Shown one piece after another: positions 24,471-36,667 of a DNA stretch of 64,000 bases. The stretch comes from Mytilus californianus. Taxonomy: Eukaryota. The notes below the pieces were generated by a model, which did not search any database, was not told where the DNA came from, and saw only the letters and a program-made list of their open reading frames with translations. Where the stretch lies: positions 65,410,001 through 65,474,000 of the forward strand of contig NW_026262690.1 of NCBI RefSeq assembly GCF_021869535.1, written 5' to 3'. Within the stretch, counting starts at the first letter, position 1. Each line of letters starts with the position of its first letter. A program made the position numbers and the translations under genes.

Positions 24471-26404
24471 CTATATAAAAAAAAAAAACAGGAATTGATT
24501 ATATCAATATTTGGAAAAATTTCGATGATTGTAAAATCGATCCATTTCACTTGATCATGACTAAATTATGTGTACGCTATAACAAAATTCAATGACATTG
24601 TTTTGTTTTTTTTATATTCATTTTTTTTGCACAGTTTCTGGCTAAAACTGAAGAATTCACTGCTAAATAGGGGAAAGCAGAATTCATTTTGGTAAATGTC
24701 AGGAAACTTTTTATCATTGATTTGGATTAAGGTTTCAGTACAAGCAGACTCTGAAGCAGTACTTAATTCACATTTTCTTATTTTTTTCATGTAACATATG
24801 TATAACATGTACTGCAAAATTATAACTGCTATGAATAATTCTGAGTACAATAGTCCTCTCTATGCATGCAGCATCAAGATTTGACCTTCAAAATTGTTCA
24901 TTTAAATCTTAGATGTAATTCTGATTAAATTCAGGTTGCTTTCATGTGAAAACTTGCAGAAAATGTTAAATAAGCATGAGTGGAAATAATGACTAATTTA
25001 TAAAAAAAAATCCTTATAATATATTTTTTATTCACAGTCTGCTTCCCACTTTTGAATTATTTATGATTGCTTTTTTCCACTGAGCATATATCATATTTTA
25101 TTCAACCATGGTTTAATATCCCATAGGTGGAATCTTCCTTGCAAGTGAACACCATTGAAATATATAATTTATTGAAATCGCAACAATGAGCTTGGAAAAA
25201 ACAACAAGTGACAAGTACATTTTACTTAAAAGTCAATATTTCATGTTTTCTTTTGTTCGGTTGTATTAAGTCCCTTTATTAAATGTCTGTCACATTAATT
25301 TGCACTATTGTTTTTACAACATAAAAATATATATTAATGTCGTTTTTCACACGGGCAATATTGATATTTTGTCAATGCATATTTAAAATTTATTGATATT
25401 ATTTTCCTTGTAAAAGAATACTTGAGCAAATCTAACAAAACGCAATAGCATTTTGACGTCAATCAAGTCTAATCTGTCGCTGATACACAGCCATCTAGAA
25501 TTGTCAATATAACAACAAGACTCAGCCTTTTTACTTCACACAAAAAATCAATTATTGAGCTCAAATTCTAAACAAGATTATGAAATTTTCTAGCTTGCTA
25601 CTAACTGGTAGATTGAACTGCTGAGTAAGATGTAAGAGGGAATAAAAAAAAATTTCTTCTTGAATTGACCTTACGGTTTCACCAATGTAAGGAGTATTTC
25701 AGATTTCTGTTTTGTTGTCTCATTATGTGTTGTTCGAAGTATAGAATTAATTCTTAACTTAGAAGGGTAAAGTAAAATCTGTCGTAAGAGATAGAAAGAC
25801 AAATTTGGAAGACTATTTGATATCGTCACAACTCTTTATTGATAAAAAAAAAGAACCACAACTGTCTCAAAGACTACGAGTGTAATGTGCCAGAAGTGAT
25901 GGCTTCCTTGTTTGGAAACTTACATGTTTTAGGGAAACATTTGTGTAATATTTGTTATTTCAAGACAATAACAACAATGTGCAAAACAAACACACACAAA
26001 TAGCTGTTCATCCATTCAATTTTTGGCTTTTTGTCTCCATAAGATGATCCTTGAAATTTGAGACTTCACATACAATAATGAAACCACAGTATATATCCTT
26101 AGGCACCCTATATATATAACTTTGATCAATACAATACACCTTGTCTCAACCTATTCTGAATCCTATCTTAAAATCTTAGATAATGCTCCAGTATTATTTA
26201 TATTCATTTGTTTCAATAGACCTATATGCCAAATACTATATCTAAAATCAAAGAGGTGAATCAATTGTTTTGGCATTTTTTTTTAAACATCAGACAAATC
26301 TAATCAATATAAACAGGTCTGTAACTCCTTAAAAAAGCTTCTGTACTTATTCTTGGATAAGTATCTGCATGTGTTTCTAAATATAGTTCTTATTTCTTCC
26401 ATAC

Positions 26405-26518
26405 CTTACAGCATAACAGATTTTTGCCTTGTAAATCTGTATTTCACATTCCGCATCCGAAGGCAGGTGGTCACACACATCTTTAGTACATTCTATGGTT
26501 TCGTGACAATTTTGGTAG
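26405..26518 (-). CDS. RASGRP: RASGRP REM exon (YQNCHETIECTKDVCDHLPSDAECEIQIYKAKICYAV)
   Basis: 114 nt, phase 2/2, open frame joining ...FIDL to ...AVRYW. KICYAVR matches family KICYFMR. Donor AG|gtatgg. Confidence 0.88.
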
Positions 26519-29500
26519 CTGGTTATAGTTAAGGGCAATACAATTCATGTATTAGAAATAAAAGCATATTGCACTAGAACATACATGCCCTTTAGTAAAC
26601 CTCTAGTAATGAACCAAAATATGCACACCCTTCAGCAACCAATCGAATTCCTTACATATGGTATTTTGATATAAATGTCATTTATGATTAATTTTTTCAA
26701 TATTAATAAAATTCAAACATGAAAATTTTAACTTCAGGCATACATTGTAGGCTCCAAATAGGCTGCGGTCTCAAAAAACATTTTTCAATAAGTTCACAAT
26801 AAAAAAAAAAAAAATTATCTACCTTGGCTCTAAATTGGTTTGATGAACCAACTATTATAATTCATTCAGTTTTTTTAGTAAAACTTAATTTCAGAGTGAC
26901 AAGAACTGAACTATCACTTAGCATCTTTACCTTTATAAGTATGTAATCTAAGTAAATGAATTATATACTAAAGGCTACAGTGACCAAATCTTATTGAACA
27001 CAGTTATACTAACTACATGCATCCTTGCACCATGTTGCAATATTGTAGGTCACTTAGTATTGGAGAAATAATTCCAAACATAAAACTGAACTTAAGTAAA
27101 AAGAGCATAAAATGTAAATCAGAATGTGAAGGTTATTGTATACCCCCAGTTGCATCTTAACACAAAGTTAAATAATTGTGAGACACATGGTATCTGAGAA
27201 ATGAACTCAAACCTCAAACTTTATATATACAATGAAGCATAAAATGTAAGTCTGAATGTCCTCCTTCACTAAAAATTTATGCATGGACAAATTATATGTT
27301 AAGGGTCACTTAACACAAAACTAGGACTAAAACAATATAATTCCGTCAAGCTTAATTAATAACCTAAACTCTATGTGCCAAAATCATTCATTAAGTTTCG
27401 CAGAATTTTATTTTATTTCAAATTTATACATTTTTTTCAAGCTCTAACATATTATTTCTTTTTGTAATGCAATAGAATCAGAACAACAGTACTGTAGTTG
27501 AAGAGTTGCCAAGGTAAATTTTGATTTGACGGTAGCAAATATTTGTTTTATTGTCTCCACTACTGCATTTGCAACAGTCAAATTGCCTATTGATGGTGGA
27601 AACTCTTCAACTACAGCACTGTAATTCCTTAAATACAAGTTATGCATCATTTATCTAAGGTAAATGGTCAGTCATTTCATGACATATTCATATATCCAAA
27701 ATTATATAGCTTTAGGTCAATTAGTTCTGAAAACTGGCTGAAAACATGCACATGAATGCAGATACTGATGTAGATATTGAGGTAATTCCAATATTTCAAA
27801 GATTTGGCAAAATGGATTCCAATAAAATAAAGGAGTTGTATAACTTTTTCCAGAAGTGTAATTTCTGACCATATGAGGCATATCTGCCAACTTTTCAAAA
27901 TCTCCATGGGGGATTTTAAGCACTAGAGGACCTTATGATTACCTATACATGTCATTAGTGTACTTAATTATGACATATATGTTATTTTTTACTATTCTGA
28001 ATGCCTTTTTTAAAGTATTAAGTCTAAATAACTGAGTTTTATAAGGGTCAGGTCAACACCTCCCATGGGGGATATCCCCCATAAAGTGGGAAAGTAATGG
28101 CGGGTCTGATGAGGCACCAGCACGAATACACTTTGAAAACAATGGAAATCTATACCATATGTAAACACATTATTTTCATTTCAAATTAAGAGAAGTGAAA
28201 TGACATGTTGTTCTCTACATTTTATAACAGTAAACTGCAGAAAAGCAGATAGCTTTAAAAAAAACTTTAAAGAATTACATACAAATAGAAAACAGACATA
28301 TCAAAACCACAAGTATTTTTTTTTTACATTTTATTTACAATGGCAGAATTCTTGCAATTACTCAATTAACTGTTAATTTCAAAATGTTCTTTAATGTCAG
28401 TTTTGAAAACATTGTAATGCCAATAAATCTGTCATCATGTTTCATCAATAAATTTTCTCATTTCTTCATGACATACATTAACTATTAATGTGAAAAATTC
28501 ATCAGTCTGTTAATTCTGTTTATAAGTATATAGACTGGCTTCATTGCAGGAATTGTTATTCAAAATCAGATGTAAATAACATCAATAAAAACATGATACT
28601 AGTGGATAAAAGATTATTTGGTAAATTGAACTTCAAAATAGTAACCCTCCAGTCCTGATAAACCCTAACCAAAATGTTACGTTGTAGATAGAACATGGAT
28701 TAGGAGAACTTCACAATAGTTACCCTCCAGTCCTGAGCCACCCTAATCAAACTGTTACGTTGTATTTAGAAGGTGGATTAGGAGAACTTCAGAATAGTTA
28801 CCATCAAGTCCTGAGCCACCCTAATCAAACTGTTACCGGTAGGTTGTAATTAGAAGGTGGATTAGGAGAACTTCAGAATAGTAACCATCCAGTCCTGAGC
28901 AACCCTAATCAAACTGTTAGGTTGTATTTGACAGGTGGATTAGGAGAACTTCACAATAGTAATCACCCAGTCCTGAGCCACCCTAATTAAACTGTTACGT
29001 GATAGTTAGAAAGTGGATTAGGAGAACTTCAGAATAGTAACCATCCAGTCCTGAGCCACCCTAATCAAACTGTTACGTTGTAGTAAGAAGGTGGATTAGG
29101 AGAACTTCACAATAGTTACCATCCAGTCCTGAACAACCCTTATCAAACTGTTACATTGTAGTTAGAAGGTGGATTAGGAGAACTTCACAATAGCAACCAT
29201 CATAATCAAACTATTAGGCTGTAACAGTGACATGTATAGTTGTTTTCATGTCTCTTGTTGTAAATGGAAGGTGGAATAGGAGAACTTAACAAAGTGCAGA
29301 TTTATTATGATGAAAAACAGGTTAATTCCTCTGAATGTTGCCTCTAGATGTGATTTGATTATTTGTTTATCTGGTTGCAGTCTATTAAATGTATACCCCA
29401 CATCTCCTTGTATTACAAAAGGCCTCTAATGATGAAGAGTTCTAATTGAAATATCTCATATTATTTACTAACTAAAGTCAATATCATAACTAATTCATAA

Positions 29501-30015
29501 TTGAGTTTCAAGATAATAATAAAACCTTTTTTCACGATTTTTCAGAAGTCAAAGGGAACCCTCCTTTTTTATAGCACAAATTCATATAGCATGTAAAACC
29601 AATTGAAAAATAACCCAATCGGATCCCCTTTTTCCAGGCCAGTGATCCTTATTCCTTTTCCCCAATGTCTGAAGTCCTAATATTAGTCTATGTTTAGCTT
29701 ATTCATAAAGCATTATTTCAAGCTATTCCCCAATGATGCTTTTCCAATTAATGATTTGCTGTAGTTGAACCTAGCTTATCCTTGACCATGATTTTAATCA
29801 TATGACTTTAAAAATTCACATGTTTTTCAACAAACTCTTAATTTAATATGCAGATTAAATTTTCTGAAAAAACATGCATTTGTAGTTTCTTTCTGAAAAA
29901 AAAATTACAAATGAAATTGAAAAGGAAAAATTTCAAAAAATTAGCAGAGAGTATGAATAGGATGTGGAAACTAAAAGTGTGCTGTCAGGTTAACAATATG
30001 TCTAACGAAGGATAC
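26519..30015 (-). other. U12-type (minor spliceosome) GT-AG intron
   Basis: 5' site GTATCCTTC (30015-30007). Branch site CCCTTAAC (26535-26528) 9 nt before the 3' end ...TATAACCAG. No polypyrimidine tract. Flanking exons join in frame (CT|C = Leu). Confidence 0.88.
28629..29290. repeat. 78-bp tandem array (~8 units) inside the U12 intron
   Basis: ggagaac recurs at 28703, 28781, 28865, 28943, 29021, 29099, 29177 (periods 78, 84, 78, 78, 78, 78). Confidence 0.95.
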
Positions 30016-30121
30016 AGATCAATAAATGTTTCTGCTAAATCTTCTGAGGAGATGAACCACTTATGCATCAGATACATCACATTAGGGTATTCTGTGTCCT
30101 CTATCAAGTCTCCTTCTTTGG
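30016..30121 (-). CDS. RASGRP: RASGRP REM exon (KEGDLIEDTEYPNVMYLMHKWFISSEDLAETFID)
   Basis: Acceptor ttttcag, 106 nt, phase 1/2. LMHKWFISSEDLA matches family LMHRWYLSSTELA. Donor is GTATCCTTC (U12 type). Confidence 0.93.
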
Positions 30122-31301
30122 CTGAAAATATACACAATGTAATAATTAATGTACAATGTTAAATCTTGTGTGCCTTAATCAACTCTTTTTCTAAAAAATT
30201 ATAAAGAAAAAAGACTTCACTACATACTTTCAGTGAAACATATCACACTAATCAATGTCATTTTATATCAGATCTGATTTCAAAAATTAATTCAAATGGA
30301 AGAGGGTAAAATGGAATTTAACTCCCATCACATCCTACCCTACCCCTCCCTCTCGCATCTAAAAAGAGATGAAATGGTACAAAAAGAAGAGACAAGATTA
30401 GTACAGATGTAAACTGCATACCAACAAAAATTAAAATGTAAAAAAAAAAATTGGGACTGAAGTTAAGCAATCCATAAAAACTTGGAATGATATTAGGTGC
30501 AATGGAAGGGTAGGCATATGCTTTTGATGTTGAAATGCCCTGAAGTAAGACAATCATATGTTATATAAAATAATGACAGAAATCCAGTGAGAGATAAAAA
30601 CATATTTAGGAGATGAGCATGCAATCATTTTTCCATGTTTTTTTCCTGCTACATTACAATATATGATGTTAAAATATTAGCAAAGTCATCCTTTTCTTTA
30701 TCTCTATCCCTAAAACAGATTTCTTTCTTCTAACATATACAATGTAATCAGAATCTAAGTATACAGATATATAAATAAAGAAGAAAATATTTGCTACTAA
30801 AACACTGACTGTTGTCAAAGAAAGGTTTCCATAATGTTTTTTACTAGCTTCTTTATATTTAGAATCCATGCTGTAATAATGATTTAAGGAAACACTACAT
30901 GTTTTATTATATAAATAAAAAAGGGGTAAAAATGAAAATATAAAAAAAATTTATTTTAATGAAGATTGCAGTCTTCATGATAAACTTTTAGTTCTGCAGG
31001 CCTGGAGCTTAATTTTTGGAAAATTTTAGTTGGATTCTGTTGGCCTGTAGGGATGCTTTTTACAGGCCCGAAAGGGATTTTACAAGCCTGGGCTGCTGGG
31101 CCTGTGGTTCAGCGGGAAGATTGAGAACTGCCTTCATCAACTGATTTACAATATCAAATATTTTGCAACAATGGAACAAAACGTGTGAACTGTTTTACTA
31201 GATATTTAGTACAAAAGATGTGTATATTGATTTTACAAACATAGATTTTTTGCATTGAACTGCAATGACATTTCAAAAATACTGAGAAATGATTGTATTG
31301 T

Positions 31302-31475
31302 GGTAAATTACCTGGTATGATAAATATACTATTATCTCAGAAGTTACCAAAGTACAAAAGGTAAATTACCTGGTATGATAAATATACTATTATCTCAGAA
31401 GTTACCAAAGTACAAAAGGTAAATTACCTGGTATGATAAATATACTATTATCTCAGAAGTTACCAAAGTACAAAA
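31302..31475. repeat. Exact 3 x 58-bp tandem repeat
   Basis: Unit ggtaaattacctggtatgataaatatactattatctcagaagttaccaaagtacaaaa at 31302, 31360 and 31418. Confidence 0.97.
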
Positions 31476-34400
31476 ATAGAGAACTATAATGTTACATACA
31501 GCATGACTGGTTGAAGTTAAATACAGTGTTTTCAGCATTATGCAGTTATCATATCATTTTAACCCAACTTGGTTTGGCTTAAGGATAATTAACTTGAAGA
31601 TGTAAACAACACACCAAAACTTTAAAATTGCTTTTTGATGCTTTCACGCCAAGCAAATGGCATTTAGGAGTGAGTGGAGTGGTCAGTAAAGGCTGTCCAG
31701 GTGGCGTGACACATTTCTTTCTAGTCTTCATTGAGATTTTCACCTTATGAGATAGCCGCTTCAAAATCGACTCAGCGTGTCAGTCTGGTACAAAGAAAGG
31801 TTCATATTTATATCAGAAATTGAATTTTGAATATGATTGGACCATTGCTTGCTGCACATCAGAAATTCTTCCATCATAAGATAAACGTCCATTTCTTTTC
31901 GATGGGAACCAGACAAAGACAAGAATATGTAAAATGGGCAAGATGGCAAATTAATAGTATAAAGAATCTTTTGAAAATTTCATTCAAATTCATTCCATGG
32001 AGATTTTTTTTTTACATAAAGTGCTGGAGTTATCTGGTCATTTGTTTAGCCTTTTTACCAGAATAGACTTTTTAACACACAATGCTGGAAAATTACCAGG
32101 TCATTTGTTTTCACCAGCAACCTAGCCATCTTTGGCTTGGAACAAATATTTCAAGCCAGGTCTTTCTTCCGAAATCATGCACGATTGTAATATTCTTTAT
32201 AAAATAATGATATAAACAGACAAAAGTAATAACTTTCTGTTCACATATAAAAACTGTAGGAGACATTATATTATCCACCATTTTACAATAAATAAAGATG
32301 TCATAATGCTAAAATAACTTCTTAATGTCTGCATCAGTCTTCAAGTAATTTAAACATATATTAAAAGTACATGAATCTTTCAGGACTTTATTAAGATTTT
32401 TTAAAGAAAAATATTCATCTTAGTAACCTAAAATAATGTAGATACCGGTACATCCTGGTTGCTATATAAATTTCAAATTAACATAGTAAAATTAAAAAAT
32501 CTAATCTAGAATTTGTTGAAATATTAAATATATTATTAAACAATTTACTATTACTGTCTAAATCTGGGTCAAAGTATTTATAGCATTTTTTTATTGCATT
32601 ATATATTATTATATATATATATATCTCAAGACTTTATAAGTTGATTCAACTGATAAAAATGAACATAATGAGGTTTCAGCTTGAACATGTTCCATCAGAG
32701 TTCAAGGGAATGTAGAAAAAATGTTATAATAACAAAACACTAGTTTGTGAACACATCAAAGAAATAGTATATATTTACCAAATTATATAAAAAAATAAGG
32801 AAAGGGTGTGTGGTAAAACCACTATGGATAGAAAGTAAATAATAAGGAAAAAGTCTGTGGTTAAACCACCACTAATAAGTTAAACTAAAAACTTTAAACA
32901 TGACATAACAATAAAATCAAAACAACAGGAAATGGTGGCCCGATATTTTTACCAGAAAGTTCTATGTTAAGTTAAAGAGTGAACAAAAAATTAAAAAAAA
33001 AACACCCATCCATAGTGCATTAGGACAGAACAGTAATTAGCTATAAAGTGTACACTTGTAAAGTCCTGGGATATACATGTACTTTCATTATACATTGTAT
33101 GTCATAAACACTTAAACACTGATGCAGACATAAACAAATTATTTAAGCATTATGACATCTTTATTTATTGTAAAAAGGGTGGATAATATAATGTCTCCTA
33201 CAGTTTTAATATAAGTGAATTTGACTTGGGAATGTAATGTCCACGTTGTCTAAACATTTATATTTGTTGTACACTACATCCCTTGATAAAGACCTCTAAA
33301 ATCAAAATATTTGGCAACCATTTTCTGATCATCAAATAAGACAGCATCCTGAAAACAAAACCCAAATCATAGACATCAACATACAGTCTTCAACAATAGA
33401 TATGTCTATACCAATTTCAAAAATAAGGAGATGTGGTATGATTGCCAATGAGACAACTAACCATTAACAAAAGCTTAAGTTCAAAATTGTCCCAAGAGTT
33501 AAAAAAAGTTGTGATACTTTCGACAAAGATACCAAAATCTGATATCAAAACAAATTTTCCAAAAAGACATAAAACCATTATAAACAAAAACAACCACTAT
33601 CAAGGTTCCTGACTTTGTACATGTACTCCAACATGTGGACTCAAAATATAATTTTCATGAAATCCTGTTCCCATAATACAGTTTTTATACAGTTGTAAAA
33701 AATGTTAGCAAAATCTTTAAAAGACATTTTATACATGTAAATCATGAAATGCCATATTAATAAACCTTCTTTCTCTACAGCAATTTTAATTTGAAGGGAT
33801 CAAGTAGCCTACACCAGTCTCCCACAATCAAGTTTCTTATTATAGCATAAATTGTAAAGCTGTCAAGTTAGTACTAAAACCATAAGTGTTACTATAAGAC
33901 CTATTATCTGTTTATCTAAACATGAAAATCAATGAAGAGGAAACAGATTGTGTAAAATTTACAATTTGCATGTAAAAGAAGATAAGCATCATTTTATCCT
34001 TGTTTGTCCTATGTTGCCTGATTTTTTGCTTTCAAAATGTTATATAACAATCCTAAAATAGAATTATTAGTTTGTTTAAAGCAGATGATTAAGATCTTTT
34101 GAAAAAAAATGGTGTGTATACAAAGAAAGCTAAATTTGAAAGGATTGAGTATATTTGTTTTGACTTTTGACATTAGATATAACTCTGAAAGAGCAATTCT
34201 AACCTAAAGCCATTTCAGAAAAAAATTGTAATAGCAAGCTTATGATATACTGACACTACTGTTTGATTCCAACCCCCTTTTTTTCAATTTAGCAATCATG
34301 CATTTCATGTTTAATTTTTGGTAGTTAAAGCTATCAATCATAATTCTAAAGGGGGATTGTAACATTTCACTATAATTTGGCGGTACATAATCCTTTGAAT

Positions 34401-34886
34401 GTTTTCATACTTTTTTTTTTTACTTTTGTCAAATTTTCTAGTGGCAGTCATGTTAGATGATAGTCAGGGTCATCAATCATGGTTTGGAGGAGATCTGTTA
34501 CCAATTTGTTCTCATTTTTCATATATTTTAGCATTTTTTTAAAAGTCATTAGACAGATTTTCTACTTCAGAAACAGTAAATGTCTGTGTAAGATGGCAGG
34601 CGAGGTTATCAACCATGATTTGTAAAGGAGATACCCCTAACTTTGGTTACAATATGTCATTTGGGTGATGTTAGAATTTTTCAGTTTAAGTTTGAACATT
34701 TGAGTAATGGTGCTGCCATAATTGAATTTAGTTCCGTTGATGAACCATAATTCTTTAAAGGGATCATAAGAGTAGAATTTATTCAAGTCTAGTAGCTATT
34801 TGCACTCCCAATAATTTCAGACTTCTTATGAATGAATTGTTTGTCTGCCATCACAATACAAACAATGTATCACATACAAAACTTAC

Positions 34887-35063
34887 AAAAGCTCTCAATA
34901 CAAATATGGACCAATTTATCTGCAGTTGCAGCTCTAACAGTGACTCCTGGAATAAGTGGCTTATCCTCCTCCATATAATCTATGTTAGACTGAATAACCG
35001 GCATGACCTCCTCAGCAGGCATTGATTTGGGCAAATTACTCGTACACTCTGGTTGACAACATC
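34887..35063 (-). CDS. RASGRP: RASGRP exon: N-terminal linker and start of REM domain (CCQPECTSNLPKSMPAEEVMPVIQSNIDYMEEDKPLIPGVTVRAATADKLVHICIESF)
   Basis: Acceptor ttcctgtag, donor T|gtaagt, 177 nt, phase 1/1. VRAATADKLVHICIESF matches the RASGRP REM start (KAATLDELLCTCIEMF type). Confidence 0.9.
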
Positions 35064-36532
35064 CTACAGGAACAAAGAAATCTGTTAATATTCATATACG
35101 GTAAAATAATTTTAAAAGTAATGATAACTGCAAATATAGAAATGAGGAGAAATAGTACAAATGTAAGATTGTCCATCCCCATGAATATCTACATAACTAC
35201 TTCACATAATTTTACTCTCATAAAATACTCTGTCACATCACTTTTAATTCGGAACTGCTGCAGGATAACAAATGGTGATCAAAATATACAGAGAAAATAT
35301 CTTTTCTAACTTTCAACATACAATTCAAAATATATCAAGTTACTAGAAAAAGCTTACTACCTTGTATATCTTGCCAAAAAAATGACAGTCAAGATCAGAA
35401 AGATTAAATCATATTCTAAAATTTGCCATTTTGAACAAAAAAGCAAAGACGAGACAGGCTGCTCTTCTTCATAAAAATTTTCCAAAGGCTGAAAATGTTA
35501 ATGAACTGATTGGCCATTGCTGAATGTCCAATGGCAAATATTTCATACCTATTCAGAATAACAGAAGAAAGTTATAATTCAAAACTGTTTGTGACCATTA
35601 TTAGATGGAAATGATCCCTTGTGTACATCCACTTGTAGCCCAAGTAAAAAATATACACATTTAATTGAGGCATAAAATACACATTCATGACATTCATGAC
35701 ATTCCTACCAATTAGTTTTCATTAGCCTGACACTTGTTTCATTGGTCTTCTATTGTTGGGCAGTGATTTTCAAACACAATGAAAAAATACATTCCATGAT
35801 TTCAGTATATATCTATAAATAGATAAGACTATCAAGGCATTAATCTCAATATTGTCTATTATAAATGAGGAGAAGAAATTTTACTGCAAGAGAATTCAAT
35901 TTTTAAATCTATGACCATTCTGAAAGTTTCATAGATTAAACAAAGTTCTGAGCTTAAGCATTGCTTATATATTTTTCTCAATTTGGCAAAAAATATAAAA
36001 ATAAGACAAACCTCAGATTTGGTTCCTTATTATCCTTAACAGGTAAGACATGTTTGACATGTAATGATTGATTATTACCTGGCTGACGAAAATTACATAT
36101 TCATAACATCCAATCAATTTCAATTAACAGGTGTCAATTTCAAACATACTTGTTTACCAATGTTTTTATTTCTAATCAATGCTATCTGAGAGCATTGTTT
36201 ACATCTTACTTTTTACCCTTCAGACTGTTGGAAGGACTAGAAACAGCATCAGGTATTTCACAACAAGCAATTATCAAACCACATAAAACTGGATCCCAAA
36301 CATTACACGGAAAAAATATTTTATTATCGCATATTCTTTTTTTTATTTTGACAAAATAAATATAAAAACTATGAAGAGAAGATAATAAAGTCCTCGGAAC
36401 AGCATAATACTTCTCTTAAAGGTCAACCTTTAGGTCCCTTATCTTCACAAACTTTTTAGCGTATTTATCTTAAAACTTTTTTTACTCTATTATTAGTACC
36501 AGAAGAAATAAGTGGAAAAAACACTCACTTAC

Positions 36533-36667
36533 AAATAAATGATGCTTCCTGGAGATTTTGAACACAATTAAACATCACTGTTAAAAGTCTCACCAAAATC
36601 CCAAGAGTGAACCGGTTCCAATATGTACAGTGTTTCTTCCACAGTTAAATTCTGACAGACAAGATAA
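36533..36667 (-). other. Candidate non-coding/alternative exon in the large 5' intron
   Basis: Acceptor ttttctcag (tandem alternative ttctgtcag 19 nt upstream), donor TTT|gtaagt. No continuous open frame. Confidence 0.3.

Noticed and set aside
27444-27923. Short ORFs in the U12 intron as a nested gene
   Set aside because: No consistent splice phases or recognisable domain. The segment overlaps a hairpin and repeat-like sequence.
28105-28140. CTGATGAG motif as a hammerhead ribozyme core
   Set aside because: No proper stem II followed by GAAA. Other CTGATGA hits inspected also lacked the core geometry.
28629-31475. 78-bp and 58-bp arrays as CRISPR arrays
   Set aside because: Whole units repeat head-to-tail with no spacers.
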